The translations under genes were made by a program, and so were the position numbers. Below are positions 16,133 to 24,801 of a stretch of DNA of 24,898 nt, in pieces. How positions within the stretch are numbered: position 1 is the first letter of the stretch; each line of letters opens with the position of its first letter. The stretch lies in IMG/VR virus record IMGVR_UViG_3300020050_002145, one strand, 5' to 3'. The DNA is from an uncultured virus (IMG/VR IMGVR_UViG_3300020050_002145) (Duplodnaviria > Heunggongvirae > Uroviricota > Caudoviricetes). The notes under the pieces were generated by a model, which ran no database searches, was not told the origin of the DNA, and saw only the letters and a program-made list of their open reading frames with translations.

Positions 16133-16968
16133 TGGCTAAAGTAAAAAAGATGGCATTTGGCGGTATGGGTAGTATGGCTGCTGGTATGGGTGCGTCTAGA
16201 CCCGGTATGAGAACTCCTATGGGTGGATTGGGCGGTAATCGCCCTCCTGCTGGCGCTAATTTGATGCAGAGGTACAACAACCCAACTGCACAGCCGGGAA
16301 GTCCACCTTCTACATCACAATCTAATATGCAGCAAATGCAACAAGCGCAACAAATGGCTCAATTAAGAGGTGCAATGGGCGGCAATCAACTTCCGGCTGG
16401 CGCTAACTTAATGCAAGCGTACCAAGCGAAGCCCGGTCAAGGCGCTGGTGTACCAGATTATGCTAAACCTTATATGGCACAAGCGGGCCAACCTACCTCT
16501 CCTCCTGCACCTAAACTTGCTGGTATGGGTGCTTTTATGAAAAAAGGCGGTAAGGTTAAAGCTTATGCTAAAGGCGGCGACGTTCAATCTGAAAGCAATA
16601 AAATGACTAAAAAAAGTACACCAAAACAAATTGCAGACGAAATGGAAACCGAGCAAAACTATCCTGTTTTGAATAAATATAACAAGATTGCAAAAGCAGT
16701 AGATAGAATGGACGAGGGTCCCGGTAAACAAGTAGCAAGAGGCGCAGTTTTGGCAGGTACGGTTCCGGCAGGAGTTGCACAAATTGGACACTCGCTTATT
16801 ACTGGAAAAAGAGGTAGAAGTAAAGAAGACACAGACGAGCTTGAGCGCGAAATTGGGCGTGGTCAACGTGCCGAAAAGAAAGCAAAGGGCGGCGCAATTA
16901 AATCGTCTGCTTCATCGCGTGGTGACGGATGCGCTCAACGTGGTAAGACTAGAGGACGGATGGTGTAA
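16132..16968 (+). CDS. Low-complexity (G/M/Q/P/A) protein with GG tags and a DGxAxRGKT tail
   Basis: 278 aa, TAATG-coupled; MAFGG, MKKGG, YAKGG, KAKGG; ends SASSRGDGCAQRGKTRGRMV. Confidence 0.8.
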   Translation: MAKVKKMAFGGMGSMAAGMGASRPGMRTPMGGLGGNRPPAGANLMQRYNNPTAQPGSPPSTSQSNMQQMQQAQQMAQLRGAMGGNQLPAGANLMQAYQAKPGQGAGVPDYAKPYMAQAGQPTSPPAPKLAGMGAFMKKGGKVKAYAKGGDVQSESNKMTKKSTPKQIADEMETEQNYPVLNKYNKIAKAVDRMDEGPGKQVARGAVLAGTVPAGVAQIGHSLITGKRGRSKEDTDELEREIGRGQRAEKKAKGGAIKSSASSRGDGCAQRGKTRGRMV

Positions 16969-17711
16969 TGGCATATTCTACAAGCACAACTGCGTTTAAC
17001 CCAGACCTCAACGAGATATTCGAAGAGGCTTTTGAGCGTTGTGGCTTGGAATTGCGTACAGGTTATGACTTCCGTACTGCGCGTCGTAGCATGAATTTCT
17101 TGACGGCTGACTGGGCTAACAAGGGAATTAACTTATGGACTATCGAAGAAGGTTCGATAAACATGGTACAGGGGCAGACTACTTATGATCTACCTGATGA
17201 CACCGTTGATTTGGTGGAGCATGTTATCCGTACTTCTTCCGGACAGGGTCCTAACCAGACAGACCTCAACATTACTCGGATTAGTGTATCCACCTACTCA
17301 ACCATACCAAACAAAGAAGCACAAGGAAGACCCATCCAAGTCTGGATTAATAGACAGTCAGGACAAAAGATAGGTTCAAATTTAGAATCTGCAGCAAAGC
17401 ATCCGCAGATTAATGTGTGGCCTGCTCCAGACCAAGGCACGGAAGAACAACCGTTTTATGTCTTCTACTATTGGAGAATGAAACGTATATACGATGCAGG
17501 TACAGGCACTAACGTGATTGATATTCCATTCCGTTTCTTGAATTGTTTAGTTGCTGGCTTGGCGTACATGATTGCAGTAAAGAAACCTGAAGTTGATCCA
17601 GCGCGTACTATGGCGTTGAAAGCTATGTATGACGAGGCTTGGGAATGGGCGTCAACTGAAGACCGCGAGAAGGCGGCGGATAGACTTGTTCCTCGTGAAA
17701 TGTTCTTCTAA
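16968..17711 (+). CDS. Putative head-tail adaptor / tail tubular protein
   Basis: IFEEAFERCG...ARRSMNFLTADWANKGINLW, YSTIPNK..QGRP, VWPAPD, PFRFLNCLVAGLAY resemble podovirus adaptor proteins. Confidence 0.7.
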   Translation: MAYSTSTTAFNPDLNEIFEEAFERCGLELRTGYDFRTARRSMNFLTADWANKGINLWTIEEGSINMVQGQTTYDLPDDTVDLVEHVIRTSSGQGPNQTDLNITRISVSTYSTIPNKEAQGRPIQVWINRQSGQKIGSNLESAAKHPQINVWPAPDQGTEEQPFYVFYYWRMKRIYDAGTGTNVIDIPFRFLNCLVAGLAYMIAVKKPEVDPARTMALKAMYDEAWEWASTEDREKAADRLVPREMFF

Positions 17712-17713
17712 TC

Positions 17714-18121
17714 ATGGGTAATAGGTTTGCAAGCGGTAAGAATTCGATTGCAGAGTGTGACCGCTGCGGGTTTCGTTACAAGTTAAAAGAGTTAAAGAAG
17801 CTCACGATTAAGACTAAGCAGATACAGATTAAAGTATGTAAAAACTGTTGGGAGCCTGATCAGCCACAGTTACAATTAGGTATGTATCCGGTTGATGACC
17901 CACAAGCAGTACGGGAACCACGCCCAGATACAAGCTACTATCAGTCAGGCTATACAGGATTGCAGTTAACTACTAATACTGACTTTGGTGATCCGGGCGG
18001 TGGTAGTAGGGTGTTTCAGTGGGGATGGTGGCCTGTTGGTGGAGCGAGTGCTAACGATGCAGGTTTAACACCTAATAACTTATCAGTACAATGCTTAGTA
18101 GGAACAGTAACAATTTCTTAG
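17714..18121 (+). CDS. Zinc-ribbon phage protein
   Basis: CDRC...CKNC followed by EPDQPQ and REPRPD. Confidence 0.75.
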   Translation: MGNRFASGKNSIAECDRCGFRYKLKELKKLTIKTKQIQIKVCKNCWEPDQPQLQLGMYPVDDPQAVREPRPDTSYYQSGYTGLQLTTNTDFGDPGGGSRVFQWGWWPVGGASANDAGLTPNNLSVQCLVGTVTIS

Positions 18122-18130
18122 GAGTAGGAC

Positions 18131-18304
18131 ATGAAACACGACGATATGGCAAAAGACAAACCGATGATCAAAAAGATCGCGGGTCAAGAAGTTAAAAAGC
18201 ACGAGAAGAAAATGCACCACATGAAAAAAGGTGGCGTAACTTCTATGGACATGAAAAAAGTTGGTCGTAACATGGCGCGTGCTAATAATCAACGGAGTCG
18301 CTAA
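18131..18304 (+). CDS. Small basic protein (57 aa) absent from the ORF track; carries MKKGGV
   Basis: Hand translation MKHDDMAKDKPMIKKIAGQEVKKHEKKMHHMKKGGVTSMDMKKVGRNMARANNQRSR*; GGAG RBS at 18121; TAATG-coupled to the next gene. Confidence 0.85.
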   Translation: MKHDDMAKDKPMIKKIAGQEVKKHEKKMHHMKKGGVTSMDMKKVGRNMARANNQRSR

Positions 18305-18573
18305 TGGCTAAGTTTTCACAAAAGGTAATGGGCAAGGAAGTCGGTAATGCCGCTGTCTATGCTAAACCACACAGTATGTCTGGAGGCCCTATGGTCATGA
18401 AGAAAATGGAAGACCCTAATAAGTTAGCTGCTAATCAGATGACTAGGAAAACTGCTACGCCACGCGTAAGCGCTGGCGATCCTGCTGCGGATAATGTAAA
18501 GACTGATGGCATGAAGATTCGTGGTACAGGCGCAGCTACTAAAGGTGTAATGGCACGCGGTCCAATGGCTTAA
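18304..18573 (+). CDS. Small basic protein (89 aa) ending IRGTGAATKGVMARGPMA
   Basis: Coupled start; tail resembles the DGxAx[RK]G motif of neighbouring genes. Confidence 0.8.
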   Translation: MAKFSQKVMGKEVGNAAVYAKPHSMSGGPMVMKKMEDPNKLAANQMTRKTATPRVSAGDPAADNVKTDGMKIRGTGAATKGVMARGPMA

Positions 18574-18582
18574 GGAACATCT

Positions 18583-19254
18583 GTGACATATACGGAATTA
18601 ACCGCCGCAATTATTAACTACACACAAAACAGCGAATCTACATTCGTTGCTAATATTCCTGTGTTTGTTAAACAGGCTGAAGATCGTATTTATAATTCTG
18701 TGCAGATTCCTGCTCTTCGTAAAAATGTCACAGGTACTACTACGAATAACAACAGATATTTATCATGTCCTAATGATTTCTTATCTGTGTTTTCTATATC
18801 CGCTTTAGATCAGACTACGGGTTATTTTGAGTTCTTACTTAATAAAGACGTTAACTTTATTCGTGCTGCGTATCCAAACCCATCAGAGACAGGGTTTCCT
18901 AAGTACTATGCTCTGTATGGTCCTACGGTAGTTGACGGGACTATCACGACTGAATTAAGTTTTATTATTGGACCTACACCTAGCGGTGGTTATAGTTTGG
19001 AATTGAATTATTACTACTACCCAGAGTCAATTACTACAGCGCAAACTTCATGGCTTGGTGATAACTATGACCCAGTATTGTTATATGGCTCTTTACGAGA
19101 AGCTTACCTGTTTATGAAGGGTGAGCAGGACATCATTACGTACTACGAAAAAATGTATCAAGATGCGCTTGGTCAGTTGAATCGTTTAGGAACTGGTCTC
19201 GAGCGTGGTGATGCATACCGTGATGGTCAGGCTAAGATTAAGGTTAATCCATAA
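18583..19254 (+). CDS. Second putative adaptor / tail tubular protein
   Basis: GTG start with AAGGA RBS; TYTELTAAIINY, FVKQAEDRI, GFPKYYA, IGPTP, TSWLGDNYDPVLLYGSL. Confidence 0.7.
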   Translation: MTYTELTAAIINYTQNSESTFVANIPVFVKQAEDRIYNSVQIPALRKNVTGTTTNNNRYLSCPNDFLSVFSISALDQTTGYFEFLLNKDVNFIRAAYPNPSETGFPKYYALYGPTVVDGTITTELSFIIGPTPSGGYSLELNYYYYPESITTAQTSWLGDNYDPVLLYGSLREAYLFMKGEQDIITYYEKMYQDALGQLNRLGTGLERGDAYRDGQAKIKVNP

Positions 19255-19679
19255 TGCCATTAGTACAAGGTCAGACGTTAAGCTTTAGAAGCGACATCGT
19301 GCAAGGCGAACAAGACCTATCTGCCGATACGTTATATATGGCTTTGTATACAGGTTTTGCTACGTTGGGTCCTACTACGGCTGCATATACAACAGAGAAT
19401 GAAGTAGAAGGTACAGGCTATGACGCTGGCGGAGTTGAAATTACAGGCGTGACTATTACCTCAGATGTAAATACAAATACAGTTTATATAGACTTTAATA
19501 ATGTATCTTGGCCCGGTGCCGCATTTACTGCGCGTGGCGCGTTGATATATAACAGCAGTAAGAGTGATAAGTCGGTAGCTGTATTGGACTTTGGTTCAGA
19601 TAAGGTGTTTACTGCGGCAAGTAATACTGTAGTCATGCCTGTTAATACAGCGTCATCAGCTCTTTTAAGATTTGTTTAA
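19254..19679 (+). CDS. Putative tail structural protein (141 aa)
   Basis: TLYMALYT, NEVEGTGYDAGG, TARGALIYN, VAVLDFGSDK; lies in the tail module. Confidence 0.65.
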   Translation: MPLVQGQTLSFRSDIVQGEQDLSADTLYMALYTGFATLGPTTAAYTTENEVEGTGYDAGGVEITGVTITSDVNTNTVYIDFNNVSWPGAAFTARGALIYNSSKSDKSVAVLDFGSDKVFTAASNTVVMPVNTASSALLRFV

Positions 19680-19688
19680 GGAACGATT

Positions 19689-20195
19689 ATGTTAGCAAAC
19701 AAGAGTAGTTTTGGTGGAGTGTTCACGGCTACATGCTATGACAAAGACGGTAACCTAAAGTGGGCGGAAGAGTTTCCTAACTTAGTAGTCAATGTCGGTT
19801 TACAGTTTATAAACCAGCAAGTGTTCTTGGCATCAAACTACACGGCTTCATGGTACATGGGTTTAGTAAATACTGGAGCTACATACAACGCTGCAAATAC
19901 TATGTCAGCACATGCCACATGGACAGAGAACACAGATTACTCGCAAGCTACTCGTCCGTTGATAGTATTTACTACCCCTACCACTGCTAACCCTTCTGTA
20001 GCTACATCAGACGTTGTGACTTTTACTATTAATGCTAACGCAACTATTGCGGGTGCTTTTATAACTACTAGCAGCACAAAAGCTGGCACTACAGGAACTT
20101 TGCTTTCAGTGGGTAATTTTACGGTTGGTGATAGAGGACTAGTATCTGGTGATACTTTGAACGTAACTTATACTTTCTCAGCTACAGCGGCTTAA
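19689..20195 (+). CDS. Putative tail structural protein (168 aa)
   Basis: NLVVNVG, ATIAGAFI, GDTLNVTYTFS; lies in the tail module. Confidence 0.65.
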   Translation: MLANKSSFGGVFTATCYDKDGNLKWAEEFPNLVVNVGLQFINQQVFLASNYTASWYMGLVNTGATYNAANTMSAHATWTENTDYSQATRPLIVFTTPTTANPSVATSDVVTFTINANATIAGAFITTSSTKAGTTGTLLSVGNFTVGDRGLVSGDTLNVTYTFSATAA

Positions 20196-20198
20196 TGA

Positions 20199-20624
20199 AT
20201 GTTTGGACTTACACCATTTGCAACAGTACCGTTTTCTACGGTTAGCCTTGGCGGGGTATTTGCTGCGTCTGTTAATGAATCAGTAAATGTAATAGATCAG
20301 TATGTAGGCAATCTTGTACTTAACGAAGACATAGCTGAAGTGTTAGGAGTGTTTGATGCATTTAACGCTCAGATAAATTTTGTAACCCAGCTTTCAGACG
20401 CACTAGATATAGAAGATGCATATAACGGTCAAATTGATTTTTTAATTGCCGTTAACGAAGCTGCTGGTTTTACTGACAGTTTTTTTGGAATAAAGTTGTG
20501 GGAGCCACCAGATACAAGTTCTAACTCATTATGGACAAACATAAATAATCCTCAAGGTAATGGGTGGACGACTATAAACACATCGCAGAATATTACGTGG
20601 ACTGACATAACAAGTACTGGATAA
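20199..20624 (+). CDS. Repeat-built putative tail protein (4 x 20-aa and 4 x 11-aa repeats)
   Basis: Periodicity read directly from the translation; see findings. Confidence 0.7.
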   Translation: MFGLTPFATVPFSTVSLGGVFAASVNESVNVIDQYVGNLVLNEDIAEVLGVFDAFNAQINFVTQLSDALDIEDAYNGQIDFLIAVNEAAGFTDSFFGIKLWEPPDTSSNSLWTNINNPQGNGWTTINTSQNITWTDITSTG

Positions 20625-20633
20625 GAGGATGTA

Positions 20634-22412
20634 ATGGCCTTAGTTTTATTAGATCGTGTAAGAGAATCGACTACCACTACTGGTACAGGTACCATTACGC
20701 TTGCTGGGGCTGTTGCTGGATTTCAATCGTTTTCTGCCATTGGTAATGGAAATCAAACTTACTACACAATAACTGATAGTACTGCTGGAACTTGGGAAGT
20801 TGGTATTGGTACATACACTTCGTCCGGCACTACACTATCAAGAACTACAGTTTTATCATCATCAAGTGGTGGCTCATTAGTTTCTTTTGCTGCTGGGACT
20901 AAAGATGTATTTGTTACTTACCCAGCAGGGCGTTCAGTCTACAAAGACACAGCCAACACATATACCGTACAGCAAGCATTTGATGCGCTAACAGCAAACT
21001 CAATTGCGCTGACCACAGGCACAATTACTACTGCCCCAGTCTCCAACACAGACATTGTTAATAAGCAGTACGCAGACGCTATTGCGTCTGGTATTCACTT
21101 CCACGAAGCAGTGGCATTGGCTACTACGGTAGCCTTACCAGCAAACACATATAACAATGGTGCATCTGGAGTAGGGGCTACGCTTACAGCAACCGCTAAT
21201 GGCGCTCTTTCTGTGGATTCAACACTTACTATTGTTGCAGAACGCATACTTGTAAAAAATGAAGTTGCTGGAGCAAACAACGGTGTTTACACGGTCACTC
21301 AGGTTGGTTCTGCTGGAACGCCATACATACTGACTCGTGCTACAGATTTTGATACCGTTGGTACTGGAGTTGACCAGATTGACGAGGGTGACTTCTTTTT
21401 AGTCACGAGTGGTGTAGCTAACGTAAATACCGCTTGGGTACAACAGACTGCGCCTCCAATAACGATTGGTACAACGGCAATTGTTTTCCAGCAGTTTTCC
21501 GCACCTATTACGTACACGGCAGGTACAGGTTTAAACGAGTCGCCAGCATATACATTTAATATTGCCAATACAGGCGTGACTGCCACCACTTATGGTTCGG
21601 GTTCTCAGGTTCCAGTATTTGCAGTTAACGCACAAGGTCAGCTAACAACAGTTACTAATACATCGATTGCTATAGCTGCTGGTGCGGTATCTGGCTTGGC
21701 TGCTTCAGCTACTACGAATACAACCGATGCGGGGAATATATCAACTGGCACGTTGCCATCAGGTCGTTTAATTGGTGGATATACGCAGGTTACAGGTGTT
21801 GGTACATTAACGGCTGGTACGTGGAATGCTACTACTATAGATTCAGCTTACGGCGGTACAGGGTTTTCTACATACACAACTGGCGATTTAATTTATACGT
21901 CTGCTACTAACACACTAAGTAAACTTCCAATTGGATCAACTAATCAAGTTTTAACAGTAGTTGGCGGTGTGCCTGCTTGGGCAGCTAGTACGGGTGGGGT
22001 TACATCATTCCAGACCTCGTTAAATGGTTTAACTCCTAGTACAAGCACAACAGGCGCAGTTACTTTAGCAGGTACATTAGGTGTTTCAAGTGGGGGTACT
22101 GGGCAAACATCGTATACAGATGGGCAGTTACTAATAGGTAATAGCACAGGCAACACGTTGTCCAAAGCTACACTAACCGCTGGCTCTAATATTACAATTA
22201 CGAATGGCTCTGGGACTATTACGATTGCCTCAACAGGCGGTGGTGGTAGCGCAAACCCAGAAGCAACGAATGGTATCTATGTAAACTCAAACACAATATC
22301 ATCTAACTATACTGTAGCAACTGGGTTTAATGGCATGAGTTCTGGCCCTGTAACAATTAATAATGGCATAACTGTGACGGTAGCAAATGACTCCCGTTGG
22401 GTAGTTTTGTAA
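20634..22412 (+). CDS. Tail fibre protein (mosaic, 592 aa)
   Basis: T/G/S/A-rich; DIVNKQYAD, RILVKNE...NGVYTV...LTRATDFD, two GGTG..Y..G.L repeats, C-terminal GPVTI...RWVVL module. Confidence 0.8.
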   Translation: MALVLLDRVRESTTTTGTGTITLAGAVAGFQSFSAIGNGNQTYYTITDSTAGTWEVGIGTYTSSGTTLSRTTVLSSSSGGSLVSFAAGTKDVFVTYPAGRSVYKDTANTYTVQQAFDALTANSIALTTGTITTAPVSNTDIVNKQYADAIASGIHFHEAVALATTVALPANTYNNGASGVGATLTATANGALSVDSTLTIVAERILVKNEVAGANNGVYTVTQVGSAGTPYILTRATDFDTVGTGVDQIDEGDFFLVTSGVANVNTAWVQQTAPPITIGTTAIVFQQFSAPITYTAGTGLNESPAYTFNIANTGVTATTYGSGSQVPVFAVNAQGQLTTVTNTSIAIAAGAVSGLAASATTNTTDAGNISTGTLPSGRLIGGYTQVTGVGTLTAGTWNATTIDSAYGGTGFSTYTTGDLIYTSATNTLSKLPIGSTNQVLTVVGGVPAWAASTGGVTSFQTSLNGLTPSTSTTGAVTLAGTLGVSSGGTGQTSYTDGQLLIGNSTGNTLSKATLTAGSNITITNGSGTITIASTGGGGSANPEATNGIYVNSNTISSNYTVATGFNGMSSGPVTINNGITVTVANDSRWVVL

Positions 22413-22421
22413 GGAAAAAAT

Positions 22422-23465
22422 ATGACGACTACATACAACAATAATCTACGTATTGCAGAGATTGCTACAGGCGATCAGGCAGGTGTTTGGGGAACTACTA
22501 CCAATTACAACCTTGCAACTCTTCTAACAGAGGCTATTTCTGGTTTTTCACAAGTATCGGTAACATCTTCGGCGCAAGCCTTGGTCTCTACCGACGGTAC
22601 ATCTGACCAAGCAAGGCAAGCTGTTATTGAGCTAATTGGTACGCCCGGTAGTAACTTTTATATATACGCTCCACCAGCAAACAAGATATACATATTTAAA
22701 AACTCAGTAACAACTTATACGGCAACTATTAGAGTAGCGACAGCAAGAAACGGCACTACACAATCTGGGGCTACAGAAATATCAATACCATCCGGTAGAA
22801 CAGTAATAGTTTATACAAAATCTAGTGGTACACCTAGCATATATGAAGCAATAAATAGTATTGCGGGCGACTTCTTAGTTAACGGTGGACTTGCTGTTGG
22901 CGGTAATGGAGCATTTGCCGGTACTGGCGGAGTAACACTACCTGTTGGCACGACACTACAACAAGCTGGCAGTCAAGGGACTATTCGATACAATACTACT
23001 TTGTCAAGATTTGAAGGTTATAACGGCACTGTGTGGGATGGTATTGGTGGCGGCGGTGGGGCAGGTGGTGGAGCTACAGGCGGTGGACAGAATCAAGTGT
23101 TTTACGAGAATGACCAAGCTGTAACCGTTAGCTATACCATTCCAGCCTCAACAAACGCCATGACAGCCGGTCCTATTACTGTAAATACAGGGTTTGCAGG
23201 TACAGCCACAATAAGCAATGGCTCGACTGGCGAAGGTAATATTTTAAGCGTAATAACAAGAACGGCTGGCAAGTTGTATATTGGCACGATTATTGAAGGT
23301 ACTGGGGTTCCGGCTAATACAACTATAGTGGCTTTTGGTACGGGTACTGGTGAGGCGGGAACTTATACGGTTAGTAACTCGGCTACATTGCTAACAGCAT
23401 TTGCACTTACAACGACAGTGGCGGTCACAATCACTTCTGGTTCTAATTGGGTAGTAGTAGGTTAA
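22422..23465 (+). CDS. Tail fibre-like protein (347 aa)
   Basis: GDQAGVWGTTTNYN N-terminus, LPVGTT...GTIRYNTTLSRFEGYNGTVW motif, poly-Gly hinge, terminal GPITV...NWVVVG module. Confidence 0.75.
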   Translation: MTTTYNNNLRIAEIATGDQAGVWGTTTNYNLATLLTEAISGFSQVSVTSSAQALVSTDGTSDQARQAVIELIGTPGSNFYIYAPPANKIYIFKNSVTTYTATIRVATARNGTTQSGATEISIPSGRTVIVYTKSSGTPSIYEAINSIAGDFLVNGGLAVGGNGAFAGTGGVTLPVGTTLQQAGSQGTIRYNTTLSRFEGYNGTVWDGIGGGGGAGGGATGGGQNQVFYENDQAVTVSYTIPASTNAMTAGPITVNTGFAGTATISNGSTGEGNILSVITRTAGKLYIGTIIEGTGVPANTTIVAFGTGTGEAGTYTVSNSATLLTAFALTTTVAVTITSGSNWVVVG

Positions 23466-23474
23466 GGAGCAATA

Positions 23475-24353
23475 ATGTCTACGATCATAACAGCAGGTAA
23501 TGCAACAAATAACGGTGCGTCATTACTTAGCGCAGCCGACGGCATACTTGAATTTAAAACAGGTTCAGGTGCAGGTACTACAGCGTTAACACTATCAACT
23601 TCACAGATTGCTACATTTGCAAGTTCAGCGTCTGTGCTAGGTAGTTTAACTGTTACCGGAACTTTAAATGCAAACGGTGGCGGTACTATTAAATCTGGTA
23701 CTGTTGTAACAACTACGACTACATCATTTACTGGCGCAACTTCTGGCGCAAGTACAACATTAACTGCTTCAAGTGTTACAGGAACTATTCAAGTTGGTCA
23801 GGTTATTGCAGGTACTAATATTGCTGCTGGTACAACAATTACCGCATTAGGCACTGGCACAGGTGGTGCAGGTACATACACAATTAGTCCAATTTCAACA
23901 GGTACAGTCAGCGGAACAATTACTGTTGTTGGCGTAGATTTTCTTAGCATACCGTCTAGCACTAAACGTATTACTATAATGTTTAATGGCGTTAGTATAA
24001 GTTCCACTGCTAACCTACTTGTTCAGGGCGGTGTTGGTGGAACTATAGATAGTACGGGATATGTAAGCACTAGTACAGGAACGAGTGGCAGTGCTGGTGG
24101 CACAGCATCAAGTACAGCCGGATACGTTATAAGAGGTACTTCAGGAGCTATCTCATTAAGTGGTCACATGGTGTTAACTTTACTTGGAAGTAATATATGG
24201 GTAAGTTCTCATGCTTGTAGTTTTGATGGTTCTTCTAGTAGTCTTTTTGGTGGAGGTACAAATACTTTTTCTGGAACATTAGACACTATTAGAATTACTA
24301 CAACAAGCACAGACACATTTGATGCAGGTTCAATCAACATACTTTACGAGTAA
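23475..24353 (+). CDS. Tail fibre / receptor-binding-like protein (292 aa)
   Basis: T/S/G-rich; C-terminal domain [17 protein letters not shown]...[21 protein letters not shown]. Confidence 0.7.
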   Translation: MSTIITAGNATNNGASLLSAADGILEFKTGSGAGTTALTLSTSQIATFASSASVLGSLTVTGTLNANGGGTIKSGTVVTTTTTSFTGATSGASTTLTASSVTGTIQVGQVIAGTNIAAGTTITALGTGTGGAGTYTISPISTGTVSGTITVVGVDFLSIPSSTKRITIMFNGVSISSTANLLVQGGVGGTIDSTGYVSTSTGTSGSAGGTASSTAGYVIRGTSGAISLSGHMVLTLLGSNIWVSSHACSFDGSSSSLFGGGTNTFSGTLDTIRITTTSTDTFDAGSINILYE

Positions 24354-24363
24354 GAGGTAAAAC

Positions 24364-24792
24364 ATGGCTGTAGCTATTAGTTCAGCGACCGGTATCAGTG
24401 GCGCACCAATCATTTATGAAAACTCAACGGTATCCGCTACGGCTGCTGGAGGTACGATTAACTTTGATGCGTTGACTCAGTCCGTATTGCAATACACAAC
24501 AAGTGCTTCTGGCAACTGGACGCTAAACATTAGAGGTAGTGGCACAACTTCGCTAAACACTTTGATGGCAACAGGGCAGACTGTTACTGTTCTTTTCATG
24601 GCAGCTCAGGGTGCTACTGCATACTACAACAACGTCTTACAGATTGACGGAACCACAGTCACTCCTAAATGGCTAAACGGTACAGCTCCAACAGCGGGTA
24701 ACATAAACAGTACTGACGTATACACATACGCCATTATAAAAACAGGTGGCGCTACATATAACGTTTTTGCTTCACTAGTTAAGTTTGCGTAA
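24364..24792 (+). CDS. Tail fibre-associated beta-sandwich protein (142 aa)
   Basis: GAGG RBS; TINFD..TQSVLQYT, QGATAYY, PKWLNGTAPTAG, DVYTYAIIKT. Confidence 0.7.
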   Translation: MAVAISSATGISGAPIIYENSTVSATAAGGTINFDALTQSVLQYTTSASGNWTLNIRGSGTTSLNTLMATGQTVTVLFMAAQGATAYYNNVLQIDGTTVTPKWLNGTAPTAGNINSTDVYTYAIIKTGGATYNVFASLVKFA

Positions 24793-24801
24793 GGAATAGT
24801 T

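Noticed and set aside
15117..16968. Calling the GxxxxGKT-containing proteins ATPases
   Set aside because: The motif is at or near the C-terminus of disordered proteins, with no preceding hydrophobic strand, Walker B or room for a P-loop fold
14277..16968. Bacteriocin/RiPP cluster based on double-glycine motifs
   Set aside because: No C39 peptidase/ABC transporter or modifying enzymes in the window; the motifs are internal or C-terminal and lie in a virion operon
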